The notes: a model not told the origin generated them from the sequence alone. 64,000 bases of DNA from Antedon mediterranea (GCF_964355755.1 NC_092679.1:14739432-14803431); one strand, 5' to 3'. Positions 12,503 through 27,116 are shown, counted from the stretch's first letter. Translations and numbers: made by a program.

Positions 12503-15500
12503 ATTACATTAACTGCACAGGGGGCGAATTTGATTGGGGAGATTTTGAAAGTAGGACTCTATAGCATCCTTGTTCAACTCCTTGTAGACCTATTATCATT
12601 CGCTCCCTTAATTTTGACCTCATTTCCCATCGCGAAACAATATCTTGGAGAACAATCCTGTAATCTTTGACGTCCAATTTCTATCACGGCATAATTATTG
12701 CAAGTAATACCTGCCTTTGAGCAGGTGGACTTGAACCGACAAAGATAAAGAAAAACTTCCCGGCTCAGTGTCTGGCTTATGGAAATATATATTATATTTT
12801 ATTTCTAGTGCGAGTTCATTACAAGGTTTACTTCCATTTTAGGAATACAACCAAATATATTCCTCAAGGAGAACTCTAGAGATTTGATCAACAGTTAGGC
12901 TATAGCCTTATAATCTGTCCCGGGCTTCAGAATTCAATATTATCCTACATCCTAACTTTTTATTTTGGATTTCGTAAATCGTAATTGTTTATCAGGCAAT
13001 TAATTACCAATTAGTATAGGCCTAACTGAAAATCTAACACGACTTTATAACTTCAATATTTTATGCGTTAATTACACATTATCAGCCAATTTAAACCGGA
13101 TAATTGTTGTTGGTGAGTCAGTCTGCTAAGCAATTTAATGTGCACTTTCGTACTTTTAGCATTTTGTTAGATAGCCTCATTTTGTGAACTTTTGTGTGTA
13201 TTTCATGATGCGTTGAATTGTGATGGGTGTGAGGATCCTACTGAACTTTGCCAACGGTCGTTTGCAAAACTGTGTCAATATATCTCATATTCAAATTAGA
13301 ATAGACCTACATATTACACAAATCAAATTGTAATCATCCCAATTTTTCACTCAAATGCTTCCTTAGGGTTAAAAAAAATCAATGTTAATATGATAACTTT
13401 CTTGAAAAAATACTAGGGGAAAGTAGGTTTTAATTACTTACTCTAAGAACTTAATGTTTTGTCATAACCTTCTTACTGAAAGAGAATATACATTTTCGCC
13501 GTTCTTCATTATAAATCTTTTGCCTGCCATTAATCCTCCAATCCTAATTAATTCATTAACAGTCAAGGTCTAATTAGATTAGTTTAAATTTAGGTACGTT
13601 CAAAGTCGTTTTTCAGTGTCAGTTATTTGTGTCCAATCAAAGAAAAAGAACAGGCCTAGGTTTGTTTATTGGTGTAAGAATAAGTTGCTTAGTTTTAGTG
13701 ACTAATTATGCGTACTTCCGTCCTGTTAATGATAGGAGCCTGTGTGTACTTGGTATGAAAAAAGCTCAATGTTTGTTTTACACAATCTAGTAAATGATTC
13801 AGCTATTTTGTCAAAGATTGCACATTGGTTGGTTTGCTTCAGATAATTTAATGTTCGTTGATTTAACGTATAGTTAATGTTTTGTCTTCCTGATAATGTT
13901 TATTTCCATTTGCTAGTCTTTTTATGTCATGTTAGCCTATTCTCATTTTATAATTGTAGTTAATTTAATCGGTAAACTTCGCTTAACTTAACTGCAGCGA
14001 GAGGTTAAAAACAGAGTGACGATGTAAAGATGTTTAAAACATTTAAAAGTGACTAAAAATGACTCAAGTGTACGCGCTGTGCCGGGGGATGAGAGGTGGG
14101 TAGCTTATTATCGGTTACTATCTTAATTGGTAACTCATAGCTTAAATTAACTTAACGGTAACTATACGATACCTTAACTTAACCTGTAATTTAGCTTAAC
14201 TTACTTATATTAACCGATAACTAAACTTTAAATATACATGATACATCGTGTAGGTTGCAATATTTCTTTTAAATTGAAATAAAAAGAAATTAATTCGGAC
14301 TTCGTTCATTCGCTAAAAGCATCAAAACAGGAATCGCATCGAATTTTGTGCAAGATATATTATTACGGTATTTATTTTTTAAATTTAATTGTAAGAAAAA
14401 GAAATAATTTAGAGCATGAATGCTCATGACACAGAAATAGATGCAAATAGAAACTGATGCAAAGAAAATTTTGTTGGCAATGACATATTATTGTTTTTCG
14501 TAATAATTGCGATAAACACATGCTTCATATCTTGTATTGGAAGTGTTCCAGATCGAAAAGTGTAAGTTATCAAAAGTAAGGAATTTGTGTTGGAATTATA
14601 GGATCAGAATCCAACATCTTTCAACTAATGTTATCAACCTTTGTAGTAATTGATTGAAGTACTTGGTGAAACTAAATATTGTCACTGTTTTTGGCATTCT
14701 ATGTTTCGTAGAGTTTTAGGCCTAAACGTAATCAATATCATTAATCTGCCATTTCGTTTATCATTAAAAACATGTGGTCGTTGTGAGTTGCAACTGTAGG
14801 ATAAGCTCTGTGGATTAGTAAAAACCAGTTCTGTCCGAATATGTTACGTCAGTACTGTAGGATGGTTATTCTTAAATCTAGAGTTATCGCTGTAGTTCTC
14901 ACCAATGTACAAAGAGAGAAAAAATATACTTAGGCCTATAACAATTAAGTTATGATAATCCAAAATAATTTACAATTTAAGTAAGCAATTAAAATATAGG
15001 CACGTGTCCTCTCCTGATTCTAAAGACCTATCTCTATAAGTTAAAAGTAATTATGTTATAAATTGAATGAAAGTGTTTTGTTCATTTTAAACCAAAATAG
15101 ACCAATTGCATAGGCCTGCAGTACACTGATGAGTAAGCTTGCAAAGTGTCCTTAGTGAACCGATTCATTTTTTAATTGCATTTTCTTGCTAAAAGTATAT
15201 GTATCATCCTTCCACGCAACATTAGGTCACCAGTTCTGTACCGGGTGACTGGTCACAACTTCCTTATTTCAGCCCCTACATCCCCCTTAACATTTGATGT
15301 AAACATTTTATTTTACATCAGAAAAGATATGTAGTAAAATGTCTACCCATTAATATTGCTATTATCTGCTCTTGGCGAATTTAGTAGGTTTGCAGAAGCA
15401 TCACTGCAACCGTTAAGTAGTCTCCAAAATCATATCCTCTATTAGTGTTCTTAAGACAAACTTTCTGCTTCGATATTTTAGCCCTACATCCCATAGAAAT

Positions 15501-18500
15501 TAAAATATCTGCAGTTATTATTAGGCCTACATTCTCTGACCATAATTACCCGTTGTTCTGTTTGTTGTTAGTGCAAGCCTGCGTTTAAAACGGTTGTGTC
15601 AAGCACGTCAGGCAAGCACACCTCACCTTACCGTATGAATCATTGTTGGACTTGGTCCATGTCCTAAATGTCAAAGTAAATGAAACAAGTGGCCACGAGA
15701 CTATTATGTCAATGTCGTTTTAGTACAATGGTACTAATAATTACTATTAATAAAATATCACCAGCTGCCTCAGTATCATCTTCATCCATAACTAGGCCTA
15801 CATAGGCCTATATTTTAAACGGAAACACGTGGTTTTATGAATTTTTTCACAATAATATTTGATAAAAACATCAATTTCTAAAACTGTAATTGTATAATTA
15901 CCTCTATAGGCATGATTCATTGTATGAGGTTTTCCGAGCCTGTCACGGTTTTTGTTTTCACCACCCTGGTAATGATTTTGTCAACACTATTCCAGATTTT
16001 GGCCTTCTCTGGTCAAGATTTCAGCCGACACTTCTCTGTTAAAGATTTGAGCAGACTCTTATCACAATTTTACGTTTTTACGTTAACTTTCAATTCAAGG
16101 TTTAAATATGGTCATCCAAAACAGCTGTAGGGCAAAGATTAGAGCCAAAAGTTACAATTTTACAGTTTTTTTCAGTATTTATGTAAACACAAGGGAGACC
16201 TTTGTCTTTTTTTAAATTAAATATTGTGATTTAAACATGCATTTTAAAGTTGTATTCTTTCTAACTGATCTTTCCTTCTTATTAGTAAATATGGTGTATC
16301 GTGGTATACTTCTATGTGATCATTATGTGTGTGTTTTCTTTTGTGTGCGCGGTCAAAAAGAAATGCGTGGGATAGTTGAATGATCTTTCGGGCACTATCA
16401 CATTATGATGATGATCTCTCGTGCATTATCACATATTATATTGGCTATTTTATATAGCATTCAACTCAAGTCTCAGTTAAAATTCTTTTTAAATATGAAA
16501 GTTTTTTTTTTGTGTACTTGTTCGAGAATGTCGCAGGCCGGTATGAAAAAAAAATTGAATTCCATCCGGATATAAGCAAACGTTCTACTTTCACAGTCCT
16601 TAATAAAGTTTTATGTTTGTTTTTTTTTTTATGAATAATTGCCTTTCCTTTAGGATATCAGTCGTTTAGTTTTCCAATGAACCACATAGGTTACATATGT
16701 GAGATTTCAAAAGAAAGATACTTTATATACTGTATATATAGAATACTTAAGAATAGCCTACTTAAACTTTATTGTACTTAAATCCATCAATTACATGGAA
16801 ACAAATTCTCATTTATCACTGTCAATTTTTGTCCATTTTTTGCCCAGTGATTTGGTGTATTTTATCGTTTTCTGCATATTTGCAGTAATGCACACACATT
16901 TCAAGCCATTTTTGTTTTTGACCATGAATGAATGGAATGAACTTGTTTTGTTAAAATTATTCTACTGCATTTACTGCAGTAACTACATTGTTGTCTACTA
17001 TTAACGTGTTTTATGCAAGTTGTATTAGTATTCAATTTCTATTTGTTGTTATTTAATGCATAATTTGTATGTATGTAAAAATGTAATTCTAGATTCTTTT
17101 AAATTAAATTATGTAAGTTAAAAACTTATTCAGTAAGTATTGTATTTCTGGAAAATGAATTCTTATAATCAATCGGTTTGAAAACAGGAAAATCATTTAG
17201 AATATCAGTGTTGAAGTTTAAAAAGCTGGAAATAGAAGGAGACAACCAGAGATATTAAGCTAATAAACATAATTACTCTTCCATCATATCTGTTTAAAAC
17301 GATTTCAATCTAGAAGGTTGATTGAATTTTGGGTAATGTTTCGGAAATGAATGATCGATGAAACAGGGGAACGATTGTGGTTCTTCCCTAAACATGATAC
17401 AATAATATAACATTGCCAAATTTAGCTGTTTTATAAGGTCCCAAAGTGGGAAGTAAATTCATTAACCATTTGGTTATATATCTTTGTACTCTCAAAATCT
17501 TTCAGACAAAAAAGTTTAACAACAATTTCCTTAATCATAGGTTTAATGTAATGTGAATTAATATTAAATTCCTGTACGATATAAATAATCAACTAGTGTA
17601 TGTTGTAATATAAAAGCATGATAGACTGACATATAATTTAATTTGAACATAAATTGCAAATTCATGGGTTGTCAGTATAAAATATTCAAAGCAAATCAAA
17701 ATCTAGCTTTTATTCGTTCCAGACAAAACAAGTTTTTTCCTCGACAGAAAATAGTATTAACAAAAAGGAAAAATACAATCTATATTACCGTATTGAAGTA
17801 TTGCAGTATTCAAATGTATGATTCACATTTATAAAAAAAAAAGTATTTCGAAAAGGCTAACTTTCTCTGACAGATTTTCTCCTGCTCGTTTAGTCATTAT
17901 TCATCAAAATTCCCCCAAACATTGTTTATTGATAACGAAATATATGATATTCTACGTAATATGGCAGATTGCCATATTTTCTTTATAAATAGCAATACAC
18001 TTTAAAGAGTGTTATCTTTTAGATAGATCTCCTACAAAGATATAATCTAGACCTATTACGTGACGGACAAGCTAAGCTTGATATTATATTTAAAATGAGT
18101 TTTAACATAAATATCTAAAAAGTCCATGCAATTTAACTCTTATGATAAAATTATAGTTTAAATTATGAATATATGTAAATATTATTCCTAAATCTGGTTT
18201 AAATTTGACAAAAATATATGTTCTAAATGTTCTGTTCATTCATTTTCTTTTCATCTAAATGTGTTTGCTATCGAATTATCTAAAGAAATAACATACCTTA
18301 TGAAGAGGTCAGGATAGATTTTCAAATATCCGGTTAATATCATTTAATGACTTATATTTTGACTGACGTTCACATCGTCGGGAATATGTATTATTAGTAT
18401 TTCTAGGCCTCTAATCACCATGAGTCGCGAAGTCTGGTGACCAAGACTCGGACAGGATCATTAGTGTCAAAGTAACAAAAATGACTAGCATTGATATCTG

Positions 18501-19715
18501 TTCAAATTTACCAACAACTGTCTTTTTATATAGCATTTTTCTGCAGTTAATTGAGACAGTGTTTTCATGTCTATATTTGTATCATTTGTTTGAAGTTGAA
18601 AGTTTGTTAATAATACTGTAGGCCTAATCTACTACAATCCATAACCGTATATGTGATATTTTTTAACTAATTTCGTTGCATTTTAAGTGCTGTTCATCCA
18701 TAATTTAATTTAATTTAAATTACTGAATGTTCATTTTGGCACGCCAGGGGCTGCATTTGCACAACTACGCATGCAACTACAAGTAGTGCGTGTAGCCATG
18801 GGGTTCATGCAACTCTTAAGTGAAATTTATATTCAATTCAGTTTAAATTAAACCTAAGTAACGTTTAAAGTATACATTGTGGAAAATCTATAGTTTCCTG
18901 TGGATGTATTGGTTACAATCTAATCACATACATGTTGTTTTTTTCTTGTCTTTTGTGGGAACAACCCACCTTTATTATTTCCACTCTTTTTCTCTTTTTT
19001 TTTCATTACTTCTTACAAACATACATGTTGTTGATACAACAAAATGTTAACTTACTTTGCAAGTAATTACCGTACCTCATGCTTCTTATACGTTATAAGG
19101 AAGATAGGCCTAAATTGATATTTAAAATGTATATTAACATTTACATTGATGAATTTAAGATATCCTAATCTTGTGAAATTATAAATACGTTATTAACAAA
19201 CAATATACAATCTATAATACAAAGTATCACTTTCTCTTTTGTTGACAAAGCTGTTTACACTTTTTGAAACATACTTATTTCTGTGTATATTCAGTTCTGG
19301 GTAATGTTAAGATAGTGTCGAAATAGCTCATCAAAGTATATTAAGCTGTTATGTGCTAATGTGCCTTCCTTTCTTATTCTTGGCGTTTGGCCATTCTCTA
19401 CTAACTAATTTAACTTGGCATTCCTATTAGACTAAGTTTTGCGTTAATTGTGGTACTACCGTATTATCTTATTTTACAAGTGATAGTAGGCCTAACAGTT
19501 TCTTGTTTTCCATTTTAAGAACAGTAAAAGCTAGACTTACACATTTCCAGTAAACCCTTTTTCTTAACTTTGTTTCCAATTCAATTATTTTCTTGAAAGG
19601 AAAAATTCAAAGTCCCGGTTTATTCCTGGTGTGTTCAAACACTTAACCTTTTAATCTTCCTTGTGAATGTGCTATAATATTTTCCGAACTTGAGCCCACG
19701 CTTTTTCTATCTAAG

Positions 19716-19746
19716 TTAGCCTAGCCTAGCCTAGCCTAGCCTAGCC
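19716..19746. repeat. (TAGCC)n microsatellite
   Basis: tagcc repeated 6 times. Confidence 0.9.
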
Positions 19747-20528
19747 ATAGCAACATACCCAATCGTACAGAATGTTTTCTTCATGCCAACCAATCATCGA
19801 TCCCCATTCTAATTAATTTGTACCAGGGTTTTCTTAGAATAAGAAGTAAACTTCCGAAACAATAATCAGGCCTACAATGATTACCAGATACGGTAACCGT
19901 CAACATCAAATATACGGGTCCCACCTAGTTAAAGGCAATCTTTCAATATGTTTAACGTTACCGTACCACGTATGTGAAATACAATTAAAAGTACTGTATG
20001 TATTAGGCATCACTACATGTATTTCTGTATTATTTATCCTTGTCCAATTATATTTTGTCGATGAGTTGTTCTCTAGGTTACCTTTGAAGGATTTTTTGAA
20101 AGGTCTGATTTCCGTAATAAAGTAAACAGTTTATGATCTGTCAGTATTATATAACGACTTAGAATGACGTAACCAGTTTTCAGAATAGGTACTGTAGCCT
20201 ATACCGGTTTTCGTGATAGACGCAATAAACATAATATTTTGTAGTAAACAAATGGGATAAATTTAGTAGATGGTATTTTTGTGGTAATTATATATTGCAT
20301 TTCAAATAAGCAAATCAGTTTGAAGAATATTTACAGCTGGTTCAAAATCGTTACTGTTATTGCTATTTTCTTGTGGGTAATTGTATACAAAACTTTCAAG
20401 TTGTATGGAATTCTGCAATCAGTAGGCCTTCCTTATACACTCTCCTAACATTATAGTTTTCCTCATAAAATATGTATAATTCGGTTTATTGATTCACAGT
20501 TTTTTAAATTAATTTATTTATTATTTTA

Positions 20529-21824
20529 TTATTCTCCAAATGGTACAGAATATACTGTATCTGTTACGCTTTTATTATTAAGTTGTTTGTGGCACATAGG
20601 CTCCAAATAGTCGTTGTTTCCCTGGTAATCTGTATTGAGCGGTACTCCTATATTGTTTACTTGATATTTAAATGAAACATTGCTTCTCAAACTGTTATTA
20701 ATTTCAGGTTTTTTCAGTGAAGCAGTCGGTTCTAAATATTCGTTACCTGTACATTTAATTGTATCATATGCACTAATATCATTGGCACATGTGATGTAAA
20801 AGTTTTGACCCTGGCCAGGTTTATTTGATGTTAGGCTTCCTTGTTCGCTTCGTGTTATTGTCGTGGCGTAAATACTAGGACGATCGGCGCATTTTCTAAA
20901 CATCCACGAACTCTGTTCATCACCACCTCGATGTTTACTCGAACAAATGCATCGAATTAGCAGATAAACAGAACAAAATGAAACAGTAAATCCAGTTGTT
21001 GCACATATAAACATAATCCAGAAAAAAGGAATATTAAATTCATCTGAAGACTCTGCTACGTCAATTGTAGATAGATTATGCTGGTTAGCATTGATGCTTA
21101 CCGTTACATGAGATTCAGTGTTTACTGACGTAACTCCTTTTTTCGGCAATGTAGTGGCGGTGGTGTTGGTGACATCAATTGACGTCGGTTTACCAGTAAC
21201 ATTTTCTTTTAAAGCGATAGAAGACATGTTCAATGTTCTGCTTGCGTTCCAAGTTCCTCCTGTGGATTTCAATGAGCAAGCAATCACAACTCTATCGTCT
21301 GATTCCTTGATATCAAATAGTTGGAGTGCATGTGTTCTTTTTTCATCAACAACAGCTCGAAGTTTCGGATGAAGAAAATAAACAGGTATGTTCCACAAAG
21401 TGCCAGTGTAAATACCTATGATGTCAGTCCCAGAACAAGTAAGTGTTACATTCGATCCTATGACAGCTGGATCAGATTGTTTGATTTCGACTCCAGGCTG
21501 TAATAACTTCAACTTGATAGAACAACGTAGAGCAGTACCATCAACTAGTGACGTCTCCATGCAGGTGAACTTGCTGTTGTGGTCGTTTTTCGTAACCAAA
21601 TAATCGTATTCGACAGCTCTGGCAAAGGTGTATGCTCCTAAGATGTTGCTATCCTTGGTAAGAGTTAGCTTACTCACCAATTTGGTTGATTTGCATCCTA
21701 GCTTCACTAGAGTACCGACTTTCACCTTTCTTTGGCTTACTGAACAACGAGGACCTTCTACCTGGCATAATCCTAGTCGGTACAAAGCAAACAACAAAAT
21801 GAAACTTAGGCCTGAAAACTTCAT
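20529..21824 (-). CDS. Type-I membrane protein with an intronless CDS: 2 Ig-like domains and a tyrosine-motif tail (431 aa)
   Basis: Signal peptide MKFSGLSFILLFALYRLGLC. Ig1 VKLGC..DHNSKFTC; Ig2 NVTLTC..W..DDRVVIAC. Thr-rich stalk; TM IPFFWIMFICATTGFTVSFCSVYLLI. Tail with SAYDTI, EYLEP, DYLEP and VYSVP. A 1.3-kb ORF is far beyond chance in this AT-rich DNA. Confidence 0.9.
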   Translation of the reverse strand: MKFSGLSFILLFALYRLGLCQVEGPRCSVSQRKVKVGTLVKLGCKSTKLVSKLTLTKDSNILGAYTFARAVEYDYLVTKNDHNSKFTCMETSLVDGTALRCSIKLKLLQPGVEIKQSDPAVIGSNVTLTCSGTDIIGIYTGTLWNIPVYFLHPKLRAVVDEKRTHALQLFDIKESDDRVVIACSLKSTGGTWNASRTLNMSSIALKENVTGKPTSIDVTNTTATTLPKKGVTSVNTESHVTVSINANQHNLSTIDVAESSDEFNIPFFWIMFICATTGFTVSFCSVYLLIRCICSSKHRGGDEQSSWMFRKCADRPSIYATTITRSEQGSLTSNKPGQGQNFYITCANDISAYDTIKCTGNEYLEPTASLKKPEINNSLRSNVSFKYQVNNIGVPLNTDYQGNNDYLEPMCHKQLNNKSVTDTVYSVPFGE

Positions 21825-24800
21825 CTTATCGGACTTTCACTCCTATGAATAGGTGTACGTATCTGAAAAAGTTGGCCTAGCTTCAAAACCAAGCCATGAG
21901 TAGATATCCATAAAGATTTAGAATGACTGATTTCGTTAGGCTACTAGTAACTAACTCATCTTCTCTGAGTATACTTCCTTCCCTTTTCAACAACGCAACG
22001 CAGCTTACAAAAAAATGAATCAACTCCTACTTCTATGGATTAACAATCAACCAATCACAATACAGTATGTAAAACAACTTTCATGCCCTCTCAACTTTGA
22101 AATAGTTATACAACCTGTTTTTTGTTATTTTTCTTTTTGTTAAGTTGCAATTTATGTAATAAAAGACATTATTAAATTTCTGTATATTTAATAAGTTAAC
22201 AAAAAACACGTAACTGTGTTCTTCTATTACCTCATATCAGACAACCATACGATAACATAGAATATAATACCATAATTTCTCCCGTTTTGTAGAATCAATA
22301 ACCATATAATTATCATATCTTGCTTTAGAAAAACTTTTTTCTCCATGGTATACTGATTATCTGGTTTCTTTACGGTAAACAAATCAATCTATCTGTTTTT
22401 TTTTTGTAATAATTGGTATTCAGTATATTGTTTATTTTCAGTCTATTACACTTTAATTTAAATAGGCCTACAGTGGATTTATTATATAACGTTTCGCGGT
22501 ACATCTGAGATAGATAAGGTACCGTAGGTATCCAAGGCGGAGATTTGTACCGAAGTGTTTGCATTGTGCTCGCCTATGTCAGAATTAACCATAATTTATA
22601 TATAGATTATGTCTAATATAGGCCTACCGTTCTTTTCTTCTATTATGGCCCATATATGCATATAGTAGCCTTTAATCATCACAATTTCATTCGGAACAAA
22701 TAATTCAGCAATCATTGTACAAAATTTACAAAAATATTTCATGGCTTAAAAGTAAAACGAATTTCTTTAAAACAATCACATGAGGATGATTGCGTTTGAT
22801 TGTAAGAAGAGTCCGGGACTATTAAAATGAAATGGAAGCGTCATTGCTGAAGAAATGCTTTTCTTTTTATAAAGGTCTGTGTAATCTATCTAAGACAAGT
22901 TCGTCATCAGTTTTTTTGATTGATTTATCTGAAAAAATGTGTCAGAAAACTCGTTTCCTGACACATTTTACAATGAAAATGAGAATGAGAAATCTGCTCT
23001 AAAGTTTGTAGTATATCGAGCATGAATTGTACATTTTAGATTGAATAGCCTTTTGGTCTAATTGCCTCTCATGAAGGAATATTACGTCACAAGATGTCAC
23101 TAATGTAGGAATATAATAATGAATATTTATCAAGAGCAGACATCGAGGATGATGTCATAGTAGATGACTAAACAAATTAGCAACCGAACAGGTGAGTTAA
23201 ATGATAAACAAAAACTAAGTAAAATATAGTTGGAAATTGGTATTTCCTGCTCTGATGGAGAGTGGGCCTATGGGTTGTAAGGTGAAACTAGAATGTAAGT
23301 TATCATGCGGATGCTGTTAACGTAGACCTACTAATACTCAGCATAAAATGCCACCCCACACTTTCCAATTGTAAGTTTCTTTTATTCATCCATAAGAAAA
23401 TATATAGTAAAAAGCATCAAAACATGGACAAAAAGGAAGGAAAGAAAAGCTTAACTTCCAATTGCGTACCGTATGTAAAGGAAGAGTAGTGACATAAGCA
23501 CAAATGCATGAGATAAGATGGATTAACAAACAGAGTCGCACACTCTAACGTATGTCGATAAGTCTTGTGTACTTTCCCCACAACGTTCATCATTTTCGGG
23601 GTGGCGCGCATCAATTGGGATTTCCTCACCTCTAATGCTGTAAATGTACATTCTTTTGGCTGAAATTAAAATACGTTGGATATCAATGCTAATTATGTCT
23701 TACTTTTCTAAATTATTATGCGGCCTTAGAAAGTTAATTTCTGTCGGGGCGTATGCTCATGGTACTTCCCACCCAATGATGCTATTAACTCATGACTACC
23801 GTTCTATTCAGTCGATGGACCGAACGTATTTTGATACAGTAGAAGTAGAAAGAAAATTGTCAAGATAATTTCTGTAGGCCTATTGTTGCTCCCATGAACA
23901 AGTATGGGTCGTTTATATCTGGGTGTCTATAAAACTGATAGAGCTTCTGTACGAGGAGTGAATTTTCTAAATCTAAAATTTATAGGCATCCTCTATAATA
24001 TATCATGTCATCCCCTCTACGATCTCTTTATAAAGAAATACAGGTGGGTCATAGCATAAACACTACATTCAATCAGTTTCATTTTTGAAGATAAGTAATT
24101 CAATCCGCCATATCTCAACAAGAAATTTATATTAATAATGGAATATACTACACATTTCTTGACCAGGTGCGCGTAAACGTGCGTGGGCTGGCTGCGTTGT
24201 AACTTGCATTATGTAAGGAAACGGGATGCCATGTTATCTAGATCTTTAAGGAAATACGTTAATGTTTCTTATAAATGCATAAAGGTATGCAGCTGCGAAT
24301 GAATGAGTCAGAGATATTATATAAAGATATTATTAGGTAACGGTATTTTTCATTTTCTTTGTGACGGGCCGAAACATTCTAATAACTTTATAAGCGAATC
24401 CCAGATTTTGATAATTTGAATGCAAAAGAAAGGACAGGGTTAAGTTAAGTTTTTCACAGTTTCTTCGGTCCGCTCTATTTAAAAATCCTGGATCTGAAAA
24501 TACAATAAATCAGGATCATAGAGTTCACGCTCGATTAGAACTACATCCGTCCGAAAACAGGATAAGAGGTGTATGTGTGTCATGTAGCCTAAAGTTATGG
24601 GCGCCAAAAACGAAACTTTTTAGAGGGCGACTTTATGGTTATTTAGATCATCACATTATGTATTTCAGGCACAGTACAGCACCCGATTTAACAAACCGAA
24701 TGTGTTTGGCTCGCTTAAGATGATGGAGAACAAAATTAGAGCCTAATGAAAATTATATATACTGTTCTTATAGTCGGGAAAAAAATCATATGTAGGCCTA

Positions 24801-24914
24801 GTGGTGAACAGATATCCACATTGTTCCCTATGAGAAGATCTAATAAAATGTGCCTTACATCTTTACAAAAAGGAAACAAATATTCCTAGATTTAAAATAA
24901 ATCAATGTAGTGAC

Positions 24915-25240
24915 GGTGAGTGAGTGAGTGGCCGAGCGGTTGAGACAGTGGAACCGTAATCACGTAGCCATAACATCGGCAGGGGTTCGAGGCTCACTCA
25001 CTCCATGGTTCTGGTGGTAGAACGAGTCTTCTCGGATAAGGACTATAAACCGTAGGTCCAGTGTACACAACTTGCTCGTGTGCACTTTAAAGAACCTAGT
25101 ACATCTTTCGAGACGAGTAGGGGGTTACCCCGGTGTATTAGTACATCACAGCCACTGATCACCAACTGGGCCCTCTGGGAGATCAGTCTTTGACTGAAGA
25201 GGTCACCCAGTATAAAGATAAAACAAACAAACAAAAACAA
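24915..25240 (+). mobile_element. tRNA-derived SINE with V-domain-like core
   Basis: Pol III A box TGGCCGAGCGG and B box GGTTCGAGGC. Core TCGGATAAGGACTATAAACCGTAGGTCC..TAAAGAACC..GAGTAGGGGGTTACCCCGGTGT resembles the V-SINE domain (from recall). A-rich tail; near-identical copy at 60035-60334. Confidence 0.85.
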
Positions 25241-25779
25241 ACGGTACACATTTGGGCTCATCTAATCAATGAATCAAGAACCCTCTATTTCCTAAAGTGC
25301 CCTTTTCTTCAACAAGAGACCAGCAGTGAAAATTCTAATAAATGCCCTTAACTCGTGACAATTTTTATGCCAATCTTACCTAGAAATCAGGCAAATTATT
25401 GTTATCTACCATGTACCAGGCTAGGCCAACCTTTCCCCGTTGCTTGCACTTGCTCCTATTAGCGGGGAAAAAGAACTGTAAATATATAAAATATCTAAAA
25501 GACACAAGAAAAGGGAAAATACTGAGACTTTTGCTGACATCAGATCAAGGATACGTTTCAGTCTGTACGTCATACATACATTTTTTTCTTTCTAAATACT
25601 CTGACATTGTCGCATTAATGTGCACATATTCTAATAACATCTAATAGTTCTGAAACGACTTAAAAGATTTCCTTTTGAATAGAAACTCATCTTGAAAGGA
25701 TACAAATAGGCCTACAAAAAACAAAGTATTAACATGTATGTAAGCCTTGTAACTTCAACCGATTCTTTGTAATGTAGGT

Positions 25780-26075
25780 ATATCTTTATTTGTTCTGTAT
25801 CTTATGATAGTTTCTGATACAGTGCCCATGTTAGTCACATGTTCCCACTGTAATATGGGTATTATTTGTAACATTTTACAGTAACTGTTTTTTTTGTAAT
25901 ATATCTTCATTTGTTCTGTATCTTATGAAAGTTCCTGATACAGTGCCCATGTTAGTCACATCTTCCAACTGCAATATAGGTATTATTTGTAACATGTAGA
26001 GTCACTGTTTTCTTTTTAATGTATCTTCGTTTGTTCTTTATCTTATGGAAGTTTCCTGATACAGTGCCCATGTTT
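25780..26075. repeat. Tandem repeat, unit about 120 bp, about 2.5 copies
   Basis: tatctt..ttgttctgtatcttatg..ctgatacagtgcccatgtt at about 25780, 25901 and 26021. Confidence 0.85.
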
Positions 26076-27116
26076 ATCACACCTGTATTGTAGGAGTATT
26101 CCTAATATTCTTCAGGTTATATTAAAGAGTGTAAAACAACGTCATATGTTAGGGCCTATACCATATTTAGGAATTTGCTTATAATTAATACAAATACATT
26201 TTCAAGATACACTATAGCTCAAGCTGTTCTTTTGGGCAAACCATGTTTATAGAACAGAGTATTTAGTTTAGTTGTGGATGATAACAAAAACCAAACAATT
26301 TTATTTAATAATGTCATGTTATCACATTAAAGACATATGTTCATGATTGTTTAACCTTAACCCGTATCACATGAATAATCCGGCATAAAAATAAATTATA
26401 TTCTTTGTCAAATGGCCAAATAACTGGTTTTCTTTTTACATCTTTACTTGATTGTGTCATATAGAAAATAATTTTGAATTATTACTTCTTTATCTTATTG
26501 GCTGGATTTAAGGAACGTAGTGCAATGCAGTATTTCTTTCAATTTCACAAAGATGTAAAAACATGTCATGCATCCAATTTTTTTCTTTTTGAATATATTA
26601 ATTTCTCATCTTTTCATTGGCTGGATATAACACTTGTTGTAAGGCAATGTAAGTGCTTTATTTGTCTCAATTTCATCAAGTCGTCAAAATATGTAATTAT
26701 TATATACTTATTGTGAGGAAGTGAGCCCTCGCGGTACGTGAAATGTTACGAATGCAAAAACAAAATCGTGAATAGAAAACGGAAACATTCATTTCCGGAT
26801 GAGCTTCAAATTATTAAATGAAAAACTTCGGTAAGTTATATATAGGCCATCAACTGTTTTCTCAATGTGCTTATTTCTAACGAACATTTCGTCTAATTAA
26901 AATGTATTAAGTTTGTTTGTATTCTGTAACAGTTGAAGTTAACATTATTTTAAAAAAACACATCCGCCTGTATCCCTACAGATTATGGCATTAATTATAT
27001 TCAAATTCTGTAATATCACCCTTGACGCGCGTAGGCCAATTATTAAGTTAAGGTTAGATTGAGCTTATGACATACATAGAACATGTTAAACACAGGTGAT
27101 ATTGTATCACAGAATT

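Noticed and set aside
15632-15663. 32-nt minus-strand segment with a good acceptor (catttag) and donor (CG|gtaagg)
   Set aside because: Isolated, with no linked exons or coding signal; could be chance or a lncRNA exon.
21118-21852. Plus-strand ORFs overlapping Ig receptor 1 (and likewise 28608-29646 for receptor 2)
   Set aside because: Antisense shadows of the real minus-strand CDS.
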